Origin: Trichoplax adhaerens
Lineage: Eukaryota; Animalia; Placozoa
DNA length: 64,000 nt
Direction of reading: 5' to 3'
Assembly: GCF_000150275.1 (NCBI RefSeq)
Contig: NW_002060947.1
Coordinates: forward strand, 8,340,043 to 8,404,042
Part shown: positions 20,301 to 31,721 of the stretch, piece by piece
Position numbering within the stretch: position 1 is the first letter of the stretch
How the letters are laid out: each line of letters opens with the position of its first letter
The notes under the pieces: model-generated
What the model saw: the letters and a program-made list of their open reading frames with translations, nothing else
What the model was told of the DNA's origin: nothing
Database searches by the model: none
Made by a program: the position numbers and the translations under genes

Positions 20301-22452
20301 CGTATTACAGGTGTAGATTTACCATAAGTGATTGAAAGGTAATGTACAATTGTACATCATAGATCGTAAGTTAATATTAACGAGTATAACATCGACACAT
20401 CTTACCACTTTCTTGATCCATATGAGTTGCTATCTTCTTTCTCTTTTTCTTTTTCGATGATTGTTGTTGCTCTGCAACCAACGCTGAAGAAAATATTGAG
20501 ATACGCAATTTAGAAGCTTTTATTATGTATGATGAAGAAAATAAGGCAAATAACCCGTGCAATTTAAGGAATCAAAATTTTTAGTTTTTACAGACGACTT
20601 ACCATTTGCATTAGTAAGTTTGCGTTTGCCATTATCTTGGGCTTCCTTTTGGTTAGTATCAGCCGGCAACACGTTATTTGATTTAGCTAACAGTAACACA
20701 TCCATAATGAATGATTATTCACAAATAAAAATATTGTAAAGACTTGATCTAGCATATCTTATATAATACATAGTCTCATTATTTTTATATCTCTGTAATA
20801 ATTACAATTATTCTACGATATAGATCGTGGTCATACAGACGATAAAAGTTGACTTGGAGTTATCGTAAGTGTAAGGAACAACTATAAAATCTATTCTCTA
20901 TGTTTCCAATGAGGATGACATCAAGATATCCACATCAAACTGTCTGCCTATATAACGTATCTGCATATGTTAGGCGGCATCAAAAATTAAATTAATCAAG
21001 AGATGCCAATATGATTTTATTGTATACATATTTTCTAGTAGTCCATAACTAATCCAATCATCTGAGTGAGCGATTCCTAAAGTGATGACTGACTGTATGA
21101 GAAGAAATACGTGTATATTCCTATATCATAAACGGCTGTTACAATACACTGTACCATAGTACCAACTAAGATTAGGCAAGGTTTTCGTTGATGTTGTACA
21201 GACAGAAAGGTCGAGATTATTGCAAAAATAGTTCGTTCTTAGGTTCACACTTTCATCTTAGCTCTAACATCATGAAGGAATAATCTCCGAACTCTCAATA
21301 GTTTATTGTCAACAGTCGCTGATTCCCATGATACCGGTGTCTCACTAAATAAAATCAATACTGTTCATTTGTAGCTAAGGTTTATTTACACCACTACCTA
21401 AAAGACATGAAGGATTAAGTTGTTCAACTACAGGCTGTATTAACCAGTTACATAGTACTCAGCTGTGGTAAATCCACTAGTAAACCATTGCATCGATGTT
21501 GTAGCCAATGCTAATCTAGTAATTATACATTATCTTAAAAATACCTTCATCTTACTGTACTACAGCTATAATACGATAAAATAGTCGCCTAGACCTGTAC
21601 CGATTCCTTCAATAGTGTACAATTCAAAACCCGAGCCATCCAATTATGTGCATTTCCAGCTTCCATTCAACTCTACTATCATGACTGTATCAAGACTGCA
21701 ATGTCAATGATCGTCCGATACTACATTCTACAGTAGACACCTTTATTGGTAGTCAATCCTATACCATATTACTTTAAAATATCTTGATAATACTGCTGTT
21801 ACAACACTATTGCCGTATGTAGCCATGGCTTCTTTAACACCCATGTCACAATGACATGAAATACAGTGAAATTATTGACCTCCAGACTTCATCTATTCTG
21901 CTATCCAGGCTATCATGTCCATAGCCGTCCACTACTGCATCACTTATTCATAGTAAACTATACGTTATGATATTTTCAAGCACCTTTATAAGACTACAGT
22001 GGTAAGGCTATTACTGTAGACAGCTAGTACTAGATGCTGACATGATTTCTGAACACCTCTATCAACATGATTTGGCCACTAAAAGCATTCCTTGAATTTC
22101 AGCTTGCATTCAACTCTATCATGGCTTCAATATCAATGGTGGTGTAATACTGCATGTATTCATTGAAAAGTAATAACAAGCCATTCAAAAACAACTGTAC
22201 AATATTACAGTGCAACGATAACTGCTTTTGGCAATGAGTAGGTCAATATTTTCAAGGGTAACTAACTATATTGAAATATTCAATGAGAGAAGATCTACCG
22301 CAGCAGTCCCTTTGCAACTTGTGCAAAGACTACACCACCGTACACCTGCAAGCACGTGAATAGAAAGATTTACCGGCAGAATCGTCGGAAGTCATTTGCT
22401 TCTTTTTCAGAGCTTTCTGCGCTTTCTTCTTTAGCTTTTTTTCAGTATCCAT
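17400..22452 (-). CDS. DDX18: ATP-dependent RNA helicase DDX18/HAS1 (DEAD-box), multi-exon
   Basis: Motifs [61 protein letters not shown], and the HAS1-type [19 protein letters not shown]. Predicted first exon 22452-22374 ([26 protein letters not shown]) splices in frame to the exon at ~20687; the first exon is less certain than the rest. Confidence 0.93.
17552..17652 (-). other. U12-type (minor spliceosome) GT-AG intron, last intron of DDX18
   Basis: 5' splice site GTATCCTTTT matches the U12 consensus. Branch-like TTTTAACTTAAC lies ~15 nt before the AG with no pyrimidine tract after it. Removal gives the in-frame VNL-NISSSKK. Confidence 0.85.
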
Positions 22453-22613
22453 AGATGGTCGTCCAAGCTAGAACCAATTAATCAAGAAGGAAAGGAAGGC
22501 AAAAGTTGCAATAACTCACTGGCTCAATGGCGACAGTGGAAAATTTCAATGAACACGTTGAGGCGTTCCACGAATAGTTATCAGTCTCCTACTGTATGAC
22601 CATGCCAACGGGT

Positions 22614-23450
22614 GACAGTCGAGCTGAGTTGACCACTGCGCAGTCGGTGACAGGTGAATGTACTATGAATTCAACCTACACTAGCGTTTGAGTTACACCA
22701 GAGTTGACTGCATCAGAACTGAACAATGTACAGTACGTAGACAGTCGAGCTGAGCTGATCACTGCGCACAGTGCGCAGTCGGTGACAGGTGAATGTACTA
22801 TGAATTCAACCTACACTAGCGTTTGAGTTGCACCAGAGTTGACTGCATCAGAATTGAACAATGTACAGTACGTACTGTAGACAGTCGAGCTGAGCTGACC
22901 ACTACGCAGTCAGTGACTGGTGAATGAATGTACTATGAATTCAACCTACACTAGCGTTTGAGTTGCACCAGAGTTGACTGCATCAGAATTGAACAATGTA
23001 CAGTACGTACTGTAGACAGTCGAGCTGAGCTGACCACTGCGCAGTCAGTGACAGGTGAATGTACTATGAATTCAACCTACACTAGCGTTTGAGTTGCACA
23101 AGAGTTGACTGCATCAGAATTGAAACAATGTTCAGTACAGTACCTAGACAGTCGAACTGAGCTGACCACTGCGCAAGTGCGCAGTCGGTGACAGGTGAAT
23201 GTTTGTTGTCGTACTGTACAGTACTATAAATTCAACCTACAGTACACTAGGGTTTGAGTTGCATGAGAGTTGACTGCATCAGAATTGAATCATGTACACT
23301 TGTACAGTACGTAGACAGTCGAGCTGAGCTGACCACTGCGCAGTCGGTGACAAGTGAATGTACTGTACACTAGTGTACAGTACTATGAATTCAACCTACA
23401 GTACAGTACACTAGGGTTGGAGTTGCACCAGAGTTGACTGCATCGGAATT
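22614..23450. repeat. Tandem repeat, six units of 126-167 bp, immediately upstream of DDX18
   Basis: Units start at 22614, 22740, 22880, 23015, 23147 and 23314. Consensus gacagtcgagctgagctgaccactgcgcagtcggtgacaggtgaatgtactatgaattcaacctacactagcgtttgagttgcaccagagttgactgcatcagaattgaacaatgtacagtacgta. Confidence 0.97.
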
Positions 23451-23590
23451 GTACTGTACAATGTACAGTACAGTACAGTGCGACACAGTGCAAAGTACAG
23501 TACTGTACTGTACTGTACATTGTACAGTACAATCCTTCGGACATCGTTACAGTGCACAGTACAAACAATATAATACTAAGTACTGTAATA
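23451..23590. repeat. TACAG/TACTG pentamer tract abutting the tandem array
   Basis: gtactgtacaatgtacagtacagtacagtg...gtacagtactgtactgtactgtacattgtacagtac. Confidence 0.85.
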
Positions 23591-24043
23591 AATTGTGTGC
23601 GAAATTTGTCATGTTGACACTGCAGTATAGTAAACATTCACTCGATGGAGATCCTCTATAGAAGAAAAGCTCCATATGGATACGGTAATATGCAAAATAA
23701 ACGTCACCATTGAACCGCATCTCCTTTAATGGGTTAAATAGCCCCATATCATACGTATCCTTAGGAAATGGTGTTGATAAACGTTTCCCATTTTTAATCC
23801 AATCAATTTGAATATTCGTCTCTTTATTTTCTATACAGACTCATACTATCATATTATGACGTAGACATCTAGTAGAGTTTGACAAACAAGTTTCCATGTT
23901 TATCCCAATCATTATAATTTTATTGTTTCATTATTATTTGTCATCGCATTAAGTTGTCGATGTAAAATAAAAACTGTCATAATTAAATACAAAACGGAAT
24001 GATGATGATGATAATATGGGACCAATTTATTGCTATAAATTGG

Positions 24044-27000
24044 TTATCGCTTCGATTTTCGCCGTTTTAGCATTGAATCTCTTAGTGCCAACTGTTTATA
24101 GAAATAAAAAGGATAGAAAAGAAGCATTCAAGATAAATGCTATCAATGTCGACGAAATCATATCTCAATCCATACTAAGACCAATATTCAATTATTCTAA
24201 ATCAGATAGCAAGATCATTCCTACCTGCTTTTGACGAAAAGATCGTTTAATCTTTCTCTGTACTCCTTTTGCTTGTCGAACCATCATAAACGATTTACCT
24301 TTACGTTTTTCCTTTTATTCCAATAAAATGAATAGGATTAGAGAGCAACTATTTGTTAGCATAATCACTCGAAGTCAAGCTACCTTATGGGATGTGCTAG
24401 CAAATTCGTTCATACGATATTTCTCATTTGTAAATTTGCCGCGTCCTTCTCGACCTTCTTTAACTGTCGCAAGACGTGATTCTCTGTCATGTCTTGCTTT
24501 CTTATGAATAATTTCAATGTCATCTTGAGAAATGATCGGCTTACTGTTGTAAATAAATTCAACCACTCATTATTTCTTTCCAGAAAGTTGAGTATTTTAG
24601 ATATAATCGCAAAAGCAATTAACCTCAATTCCTTTTCCATTTCATTATCGACCATAGTTTCAAGATGCTTCCTTTTCATTTTACCACCAGTTCTCATATC
24701 TAATTCTCGTAGTACTTTCTCTGTTCTAATTTTATCAAATTCTTCTGGTGTTAAGAACTATTGAAAATTGAAAGTGCAATTTTTGCATCATTTCATGATT
24801 AACAGGTATTCTTCCTATTCAAAAATACTAATCACGTACCCGACTAGAACTTATATCCTCGGCTTGATGTGTTTTCGATTGCGATAATGCTACCCTTGCT
24901 TTGACACTCTGAGAAGGAGTCAATATCAATTAGCAAAAGGACTATCATTATTGATAGTAACGTTTAAAGAACAGTAATTTTAAATTAGTGTCCAAGATAT
25001 ACAGGCCTGCAGTGCATGAAAGTTAAATATTTTACCTGAGAATTACTACGGTCGCTATCTGTCGACATTGTCCGTCTTGCTTTCTCTGCCCTTTTATCTG
25101 TTTTACGTTCTGCAGGTATTTCCTCACTACTTGATGCATCATCGTCTTCACCTTCTGAGTTCAATGATATTGCATCATCATCTGATGTACCTTCATCGGA
25201 ATCTACTCATAAGTCAATTTAACATTAGGTAACAGAAAGATTTATTTATAGACGATGTAGTTGCTTCTTTAACACTAAACCTAGCATACCATATGCAATT
25301 GCAGAATCTATTTCCTCTTCTCCATCCACATTTTCTGAAACTTCAAGGAACTGATGAAAAGATATAAACGAATAGAATGATATGATAAACTATAATCAAT
25401 TGAAAGATTTTAATTTATCACCAGCAACAATTTTAAAAATATACTATAAAGTATAGTATAATTACATTACCTCAGTTCCTGGTACATGACCAGCAGCTTT
25501 GACTTCACTGAAAGCTAACGGTCCAACTTCTTTCGATAATTCCATCGGCTTACCCTGTCGTAGTAATTAGTAACATAGACTGCAATTACTCTTCAAGAAG
25601 GTTAAAATCGTCAGATGAAAATCGTAAACTTACTCTGTCCTTTTTACGCAAAAGACTTGGGTTTATATAGCGATATAACTGAATGAGCGACCTAGCCGCC
25701 ATCAAAACACCTATAAATGAAAACAAAAGTTATATCGCAAGAAGTTACTTAAAGTAAGAAAATTCGCAACAAACTTTTGTTCTTAGAGGATTTGTATTGC
25801 GTGAGATCCTGTAGCAGCTCCTCTGTCATTACGTTCGGACATTTAGCACACATTTCTCTAACCGCGTTAAGGCTAAAAATCACAGCATAATTATTAATCC
25901 AATACGAAGTCAATTGTTATAGAAATTAATTTCTTAAGGCAAACTACACTGCTTAAACAAACCCAACAGCCATAACTTCACTAGAGTTTCTCTCAGTAAC
26001 AAAATTATTTACAATCGTTCTCAAGACCGGCTCTAGAGTCTAACACAAACAGTGAATTAATATTGCTACAGCACCTTCCTTATATTCACAAATCAACAAT
26101 AAATTAAATTTACCTCAGGAGGGATAAGGTCATGACTTGACCGAGCGACAAAAGTTAAAAACTTTGTAACTTCTATTAATGAGAAAAATTTCAACAGTAA
26201 CTATTACAGTAATCATTCGAGAATTTATTAAAAGAAAAAAAAATAAAAGTATAGCAGACCTTGTTGATGCGGTTGTAAATATCTTTGGAGGTATGGATAA
26301 AAGTTGAATAGAAACAGCTACAGTAATATTTATAATTTAGATCCCGAAGTTATCTCATTTCCTGATTTATATATACACGTAATTAAAAGTGTAACCATAC
26401 CTGATGTAAACCAACTAGTCGACTAATTAAATCTGCTATCATGATTCGAATTTCAAATTTGTCACCAGCTTTTTCAAGTTCTTTGTATAATTTTTCAGCA
26501 AAGGCTACATAAATCGAAGATACCTTTAGTAAAAGCACTTCTTAAAACATCTGCTTTTGATTATTCAAAACTTTGAAATAGATGGTAGTCGTTTGAATAC
26601 TACTTACCTTGAGGGTCGTTAATGAGATACAACGCAGAAAAACTCGAACTTTTAGCAGAACGCTTCTTTTTGTGTTTCTAATCATTGATATCACCAGTAT
26701 TTAATGAAAAAGACGACTAAAATGGTAAATACAGTGATCTAAGAGCGTCAAGTTACGTTATAACGTCCATACCTTTAAGGCAGCTAGAGCCTTTTCTAAA
26801 GTTTTCTTTTTCTTTTTAGTTTTTTTCGATACATTATGAGATACAAGCAATCCTTTCATCTTCGTTGGGTCTTTCTGTACAACAGTAACGTAAAGAATTT
26901 TGACGTTCTCCTAAGTAATGGTCATAAGAAATTCGCAAATACAAATTACAAATGCTTACTGCGTCATCACTATCGTCACTGTCAGATCCGTCTTCAATAT

Positions 27001-30000
27001 CATCCGTACCGAGAAAAAATTTTACTGCGATAACTCGAGCCTACATGTAAGTATTTTGAATAAAAGAAATAGTTAACGAAGACTCTATTTTTTTATTATT
27101 CAAATTATTAGTATGATTAACTTAAAAGATCAATTACTAAACAATAAAATTAGCATTGTCGGTTATTGTTAAAATTCTGTGCCGACCTTCGCGACGTTAG
27201 AAAAACATGCCAAAACGATAGCATTAACGGTCTTACTGTCATTCCTAAAATTTGAAAAAGATTTATAGGTTGTAATATAACAGTTACTAAAACAAATTAC
27301 TAGAAATATTGTAGATGTACTTCTAAAGACTTGACAAAGCTGTATACAAAGAAATAATTAGGACTCAATCACGACGAGAGGCTTACCATATACTTTTCTT
27401 ATACAATTCTATCATAACTTCCTGTAAAATAAGTGTGTGTGTAAAATCAATCAATGACATTCAATAATCGTTTCAACTCTACATAACGGTATACGGAAAA
27501 TATACCAACTGTTGCGCTTTTATTTTATAAACTACACTTTTCTCCTATTTGCTACACTACTTTATACTGCACATAGGCAAGAAAAAATAATATCAATCAC
27601 TTCATACCACAGAATATCGGGTTGCTAAAGCATCACCATCGCAAAGTACTTTATACATAAATCCTTGCAAAGCCTGCAAACAAAATATATACAATCAGGC
27701 ATTGCACTAATATGAATCATATCCACATTTCGCAAAATTTGCAGATTTGAAATTACTGAATAGATAACAGGTATGTCTACAAACCTTATTAACTTTATTA
27801 TTTTTGTGCTTCAAATTGATATTACTTATATCAGCTACAATGTGATTGTATAGTGTCTTGATAAAAAGGTGAATTAAAAGTTTATGAGCAACAGTCAAGC
27901 TTCACTGGATTTAGACCAAGTTTTAAAGTATCAGTTATTACGCTAGAGAAATCAAAGATATATATATTGCTAAGAAATTTGTCTTACCTTCCTAAGTAGC
28001 TTATCTTTACAGCGAAATAATTCAAAGAATAACTCTAATAAACTAGAATAGTAAACAAGCAATTTAATTGAATGACTATTAATTGTAATTAAAATAGATT
28101 TTAAGATCTCGTAGATTGATGATATGGAGCTATTAAGAAATCAGAACCATTCCATTACGAATATTGAATTGTCGATTATACCTAGTAGGAGATAGTAGAT
28201 TCTTGTTTCGGATTAAAATTAATGCCCTGCATATGGCCTGCAACATAAAAGCATAATTAATATTATGGATGCTGAAAGCTTTATTTTACTCCATTTTGAT
28301 AGCATCACTAACCAATCTCAAGTCAGTATCCAATACGTCTTGATATTGCCGAATTAGATCGATTAACTCTTGCGGAAATGTATCTAAGTCTTCTGGATAG
28401 CAATGAGCGACCTGAAAATGATTGGTTAAAGGTTTCTAAATTCTATTCTAATACGTTTGCACTAAAATATTAATGCTATACAACACCTTTCGAAATCTTT
28501 ACTGATTTATATTGCAATGGAAAAGATCGACAAAAAATAATCATTACGCTGTAAGAAAGTTGATCCTCTACGCAATATATTGCAGAACGTACCTGGCTGA
28601 TGAACATGATTAATTCTATCATAGTTTTCGATGGTTGGGATGGCTGCAATTGAAATATCTTCAGATTGGATTGATAGTAGCGATATTGCTGTGTAAACTT
28701 GAATCGTCATATCGTGGCAAAAATGAGAAAAATTTAATGATTTAAGATGTGCTTGTAGAATTGAAATGGACGGTATAGAATATTTACAAGGTTACAATCA
28801 TAACTATACAACTTGACCACATGCTATTGCCACTAGATTGAATAAAATAACTAACTTCCCAGTTCAAGGCTACACAGAGGAAATTTTAATCTATAGTAAT
28901 AATGTGCAGTTCTGAGTTTGAACGAAACGCAATAGTTGTCTAACTAGCAGTCATCAACTCATAAAGTGACTGCGATACTCTTTCGCGTTGGTAATATTCG
29001 ATTTTGTAAAGCTAACAATTATTCATAGGTTATTGCAGCTAGAACACCTACGAAAGAAGCAGATTCAATTTTAGCTATAAAATTGACAGAAAATACATAA
29101 GATAGTAAAGTGTTTACAAATTAATATACTGCATAGGCTGCATAAAACATGCAATAGAAGAGTCGTAGATTCATTTAACTAGCTAGGGAAGAATTTCTGT
29201 CACAACCTGAGGTTTCTGCTTTGTTCATTTCATGAGCTGCCGGTTGTATAGATGTTATGCAAAATTACAAGTACAAACATTAACACGAAAAGTATTTGTA
29301 TTTACTGCAAGCGTAAGTGAAGGTAAAGTGACTTTCATTTGTGCTCACTGCTGTGATCTCCCAATAACCTGTACGGTTGTAGATCAATCAACCTTAATTG
29401 ATACTGAAATGATCAGCAAATGCCTTGCATCATGTAAAATTGCATGGTTGTCAGCTGACATCAATCAATGGCGGTTATCAAGATTTACAATGACCTCCAT
29501 GATTGTTTGATTAGCTTAGCACATTGTAATTTATAGTTGAATTGGTGCACGGTAGTTGTATGGCCAGTTGAAGTCATTATAATTTCTATTTAAATTAATC
29601 TAGGGCAGCTGCATTTGATTTAGTGCAACTTGTAACGAATTATGGGCCATCCATAACTGTAATCCGAGTTCGGGCATTATCTCGAAGCGAATATTACTAC
29701 AAGCTATGCGTAAGGTGTATAGGTGGATAAAAATGATAAGAGCTTCTCTCCATTTCATAAAATACCATTAAGAGAAATAGCCTACTGTACTACGCAGGGA
29801 TAATTTTGCATTCGTATTTGAAGTAAATTGAGTTACTGAAACTGACAAGGCGCTTTCATATCCACCCAAATTCCAAACATAATTAGTTGCAATTTATTGC
29901 AAGCGATATTGGTACTGAAAGTAGATTCAACGATAGTCCTTTTGCATCAATCGGTGATCATTGCTGAGAATTTTAATCATCTTTATGATCAATCTAGTAC

Positions 30001-30227
30001 AATCTAAGCTGTGATTTGCAACGTTACATTGCATTGCTAAAGGCATGGGCAATTCGCCATGGACGGCATCCAATGTGAAGATTTTCAACACATGATGAGA
30101 GATTATCCCATTCAACTATTGCTAGGTGGTCGCTTACCTCATCACGATAGGAGCCAGGATCTCTTTTAATATAATTCTGAAGTTGTAATAACGTTAAATT
30201 CTCCTGGGTTTTATTTCGTCGACCCAT
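24044..30227 (-). CDS. SDAD1: Protein SDA1 homolog (60S biogenesis/export), multi-exon
   Basis: [30 protein letters not shown] / [24 protein letters not shown] / [24 protein letters not shown] / [12 protein letters not shown] / [15 protein letters not shown] / [17 protein letters not shown] / [16 protein letters not shown]; acidic central region; stop at 24044-24046. Confidence 0.94.
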
Positions 30228-30569
30228 TTTCGATTTGCAATGTCAATTTGATGAGCAAATTTTCCTGCTGGAGATGGTCGACAATGAATGATCACTCGGG
30301 CGAAAATGTGTCCTAGAAACCTCCGCCAGGACAAGTATCGGACTCTATACGGACAGACATTTGACCATCTCAAGACACGGTAAAGCTTGAGTCGACAATT
30401 TATATCCAATCAAGTTCCATACAGGAGCAAGCAAGCAAAGGTTTTAACTTGAGTTTACGCGACACGTGCCAAAACGTATGACAAATGCTAGTACCCAGAA
30501 TCAACCATGCTACTGGCAAGTGTAGTATGATAGCCTAAATACGTAATAATACTCGCATCACATGAGTTT

Positions 30570-30641
30570 GGTCCTGTGGTGTAATGGTTAGCACCTGAGA
30601 CTCTGAATCTCAAGATCCGAGTTCGAATCTCGGCAGGACCT
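30570..30641 (+). tRNA. tRNA-Gln, anticodon CTG, 72 nt, intronless
   Basis: Acceptor stem GGTCCTG/CAGGACC, D arm GTG-TAATGGTTAG-CAC, anticodon arm TGAGA-CT[CTG]AA-TCTCA, T arm CCGAG-TTCGAAT-CTCGG. Internal A and B boxes are present. Confidence 0.97.
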
Positions 30642-31721
30642 GATGTTCCTTTTTTTTTTTTTATTCCTTCCAACAGGAATGATGCGAGAACTATTCCAAT
30701 CGATAGATTGGTGATCGATAATGGCTTAATTCTAAAAGTCTATTTGAATATTGATGACAAGAATAGATAGAGGATATGCATATTGGAATCCATGATACAT
30801 GTCAATCTCGACAAGACCTGATATTCCTTTTATTATATTTTTTTCACGATGGAAATGATACTAGAATGGCGACTATTCCTGTTGATGGATTAACGATCGA
30901 TAATGGCCTATTTGAAAGCTATTTGAAATAGTCGCGACAAGAATAAAAAAAATCGCATAGACGATGCATAATGGCATAGCTCAATCCATGATACATGCGG
31001 ATCTTGGCAGGACCTGATGTTCCTTTTTTATATTCTTTTTTAAGGAAATGACACTACAGTGGTGACTATTCCTGTTGATAGATTGACGATCGATAACGGC
31101 CTATTGAAGTCTATTTTAAATATTCATGACAAGAACAGAAAATTATTAAAGTCTATTTGAACATTTATAATAACAGTAGAAAAATTGCATAGATGATACA
31201 CATTAGAATCCATGATACATGTGAATCTTGGCAGGACTTGCAGCTCCTTTTTTATATTTTTTTCCTGGAATGAAATAATACTAGAATGGTGGCTATTCTT
31301 GTTGATAGATTAAAGATCGATAATGACCTATTGAAGTCTATTTTAAATATTTATAACAAGAACAAAAAAATTGTATAAAATATGCATTGCAGTATATGGA
31401 TTATTAATCCTATCACTGACTCTATTAAGACATACAGCTCTACTCTACATTATATTACTGTATTGCCTAACACAAATTGCTTTAATTAGCTGAAATCATC
31501 ATATGCATATTTGAATGTATGATACACGCGAATTTCGCCTGGACCTGATGTTCTATTTTTCATTTTTCCATGAAGAAATAGCATGAGAACTATGACTCTT
31601 CCAGTTGATTGATTAACGATCGATATCGGCCTATTGAATATTGAAGTCTACTTAAATATTCATGACAAGAATAGAAAAATCGCATAGATGATGCATATTT
31701 GAGTCCATAATACGCGTGAAT
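30625..31721 (+). repeat. Diverged tandem array (5 units, 178-307 bp), each starting with the tRNA-Gln 3' end and terminator
   Basis: Units start at 30625 (gaatctcggcaggacctgatgttccttt), 30803 (caatctcgacaagacctgatattccttt), 30999 (ggatcttggcaggacctgatgttccttt), 31223 (gaatcttggcaggacttgcagctccttt) and 31530 (gaatttcgcctggacctgatgttctattt). Shared internal blocks: ctattcctgttgat, gatcgataatggccta, gacaagaata, aatccatgatacatg. Confidence 0.93.
30650..30662 (+). terminator. RNA polymerase III oligo-T terminator of the tRNA-Gln gene
   Basis: T13 run 8 nt after the tRNA discriminator base. Confidence 0.9.

Noticed and set aside
22614-23450. CRISPR-like or coding interpretation of the six-unit array
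   Set aside because: Whole units are repeated with no unique spacers, no cas genes are present, the context is eukaryotic, and the units contain stops and non-triplet length differences.
30803-31560. Additional tRNA genes, SINEs or LTR primer-binding sites in the downstream units
   Set aside because: Only the 3' 17 nt are present, with no A box or cloverleaf and an incomplete B box; there is no CCA/TGG and no LTR or poly(A)/TSD structure.
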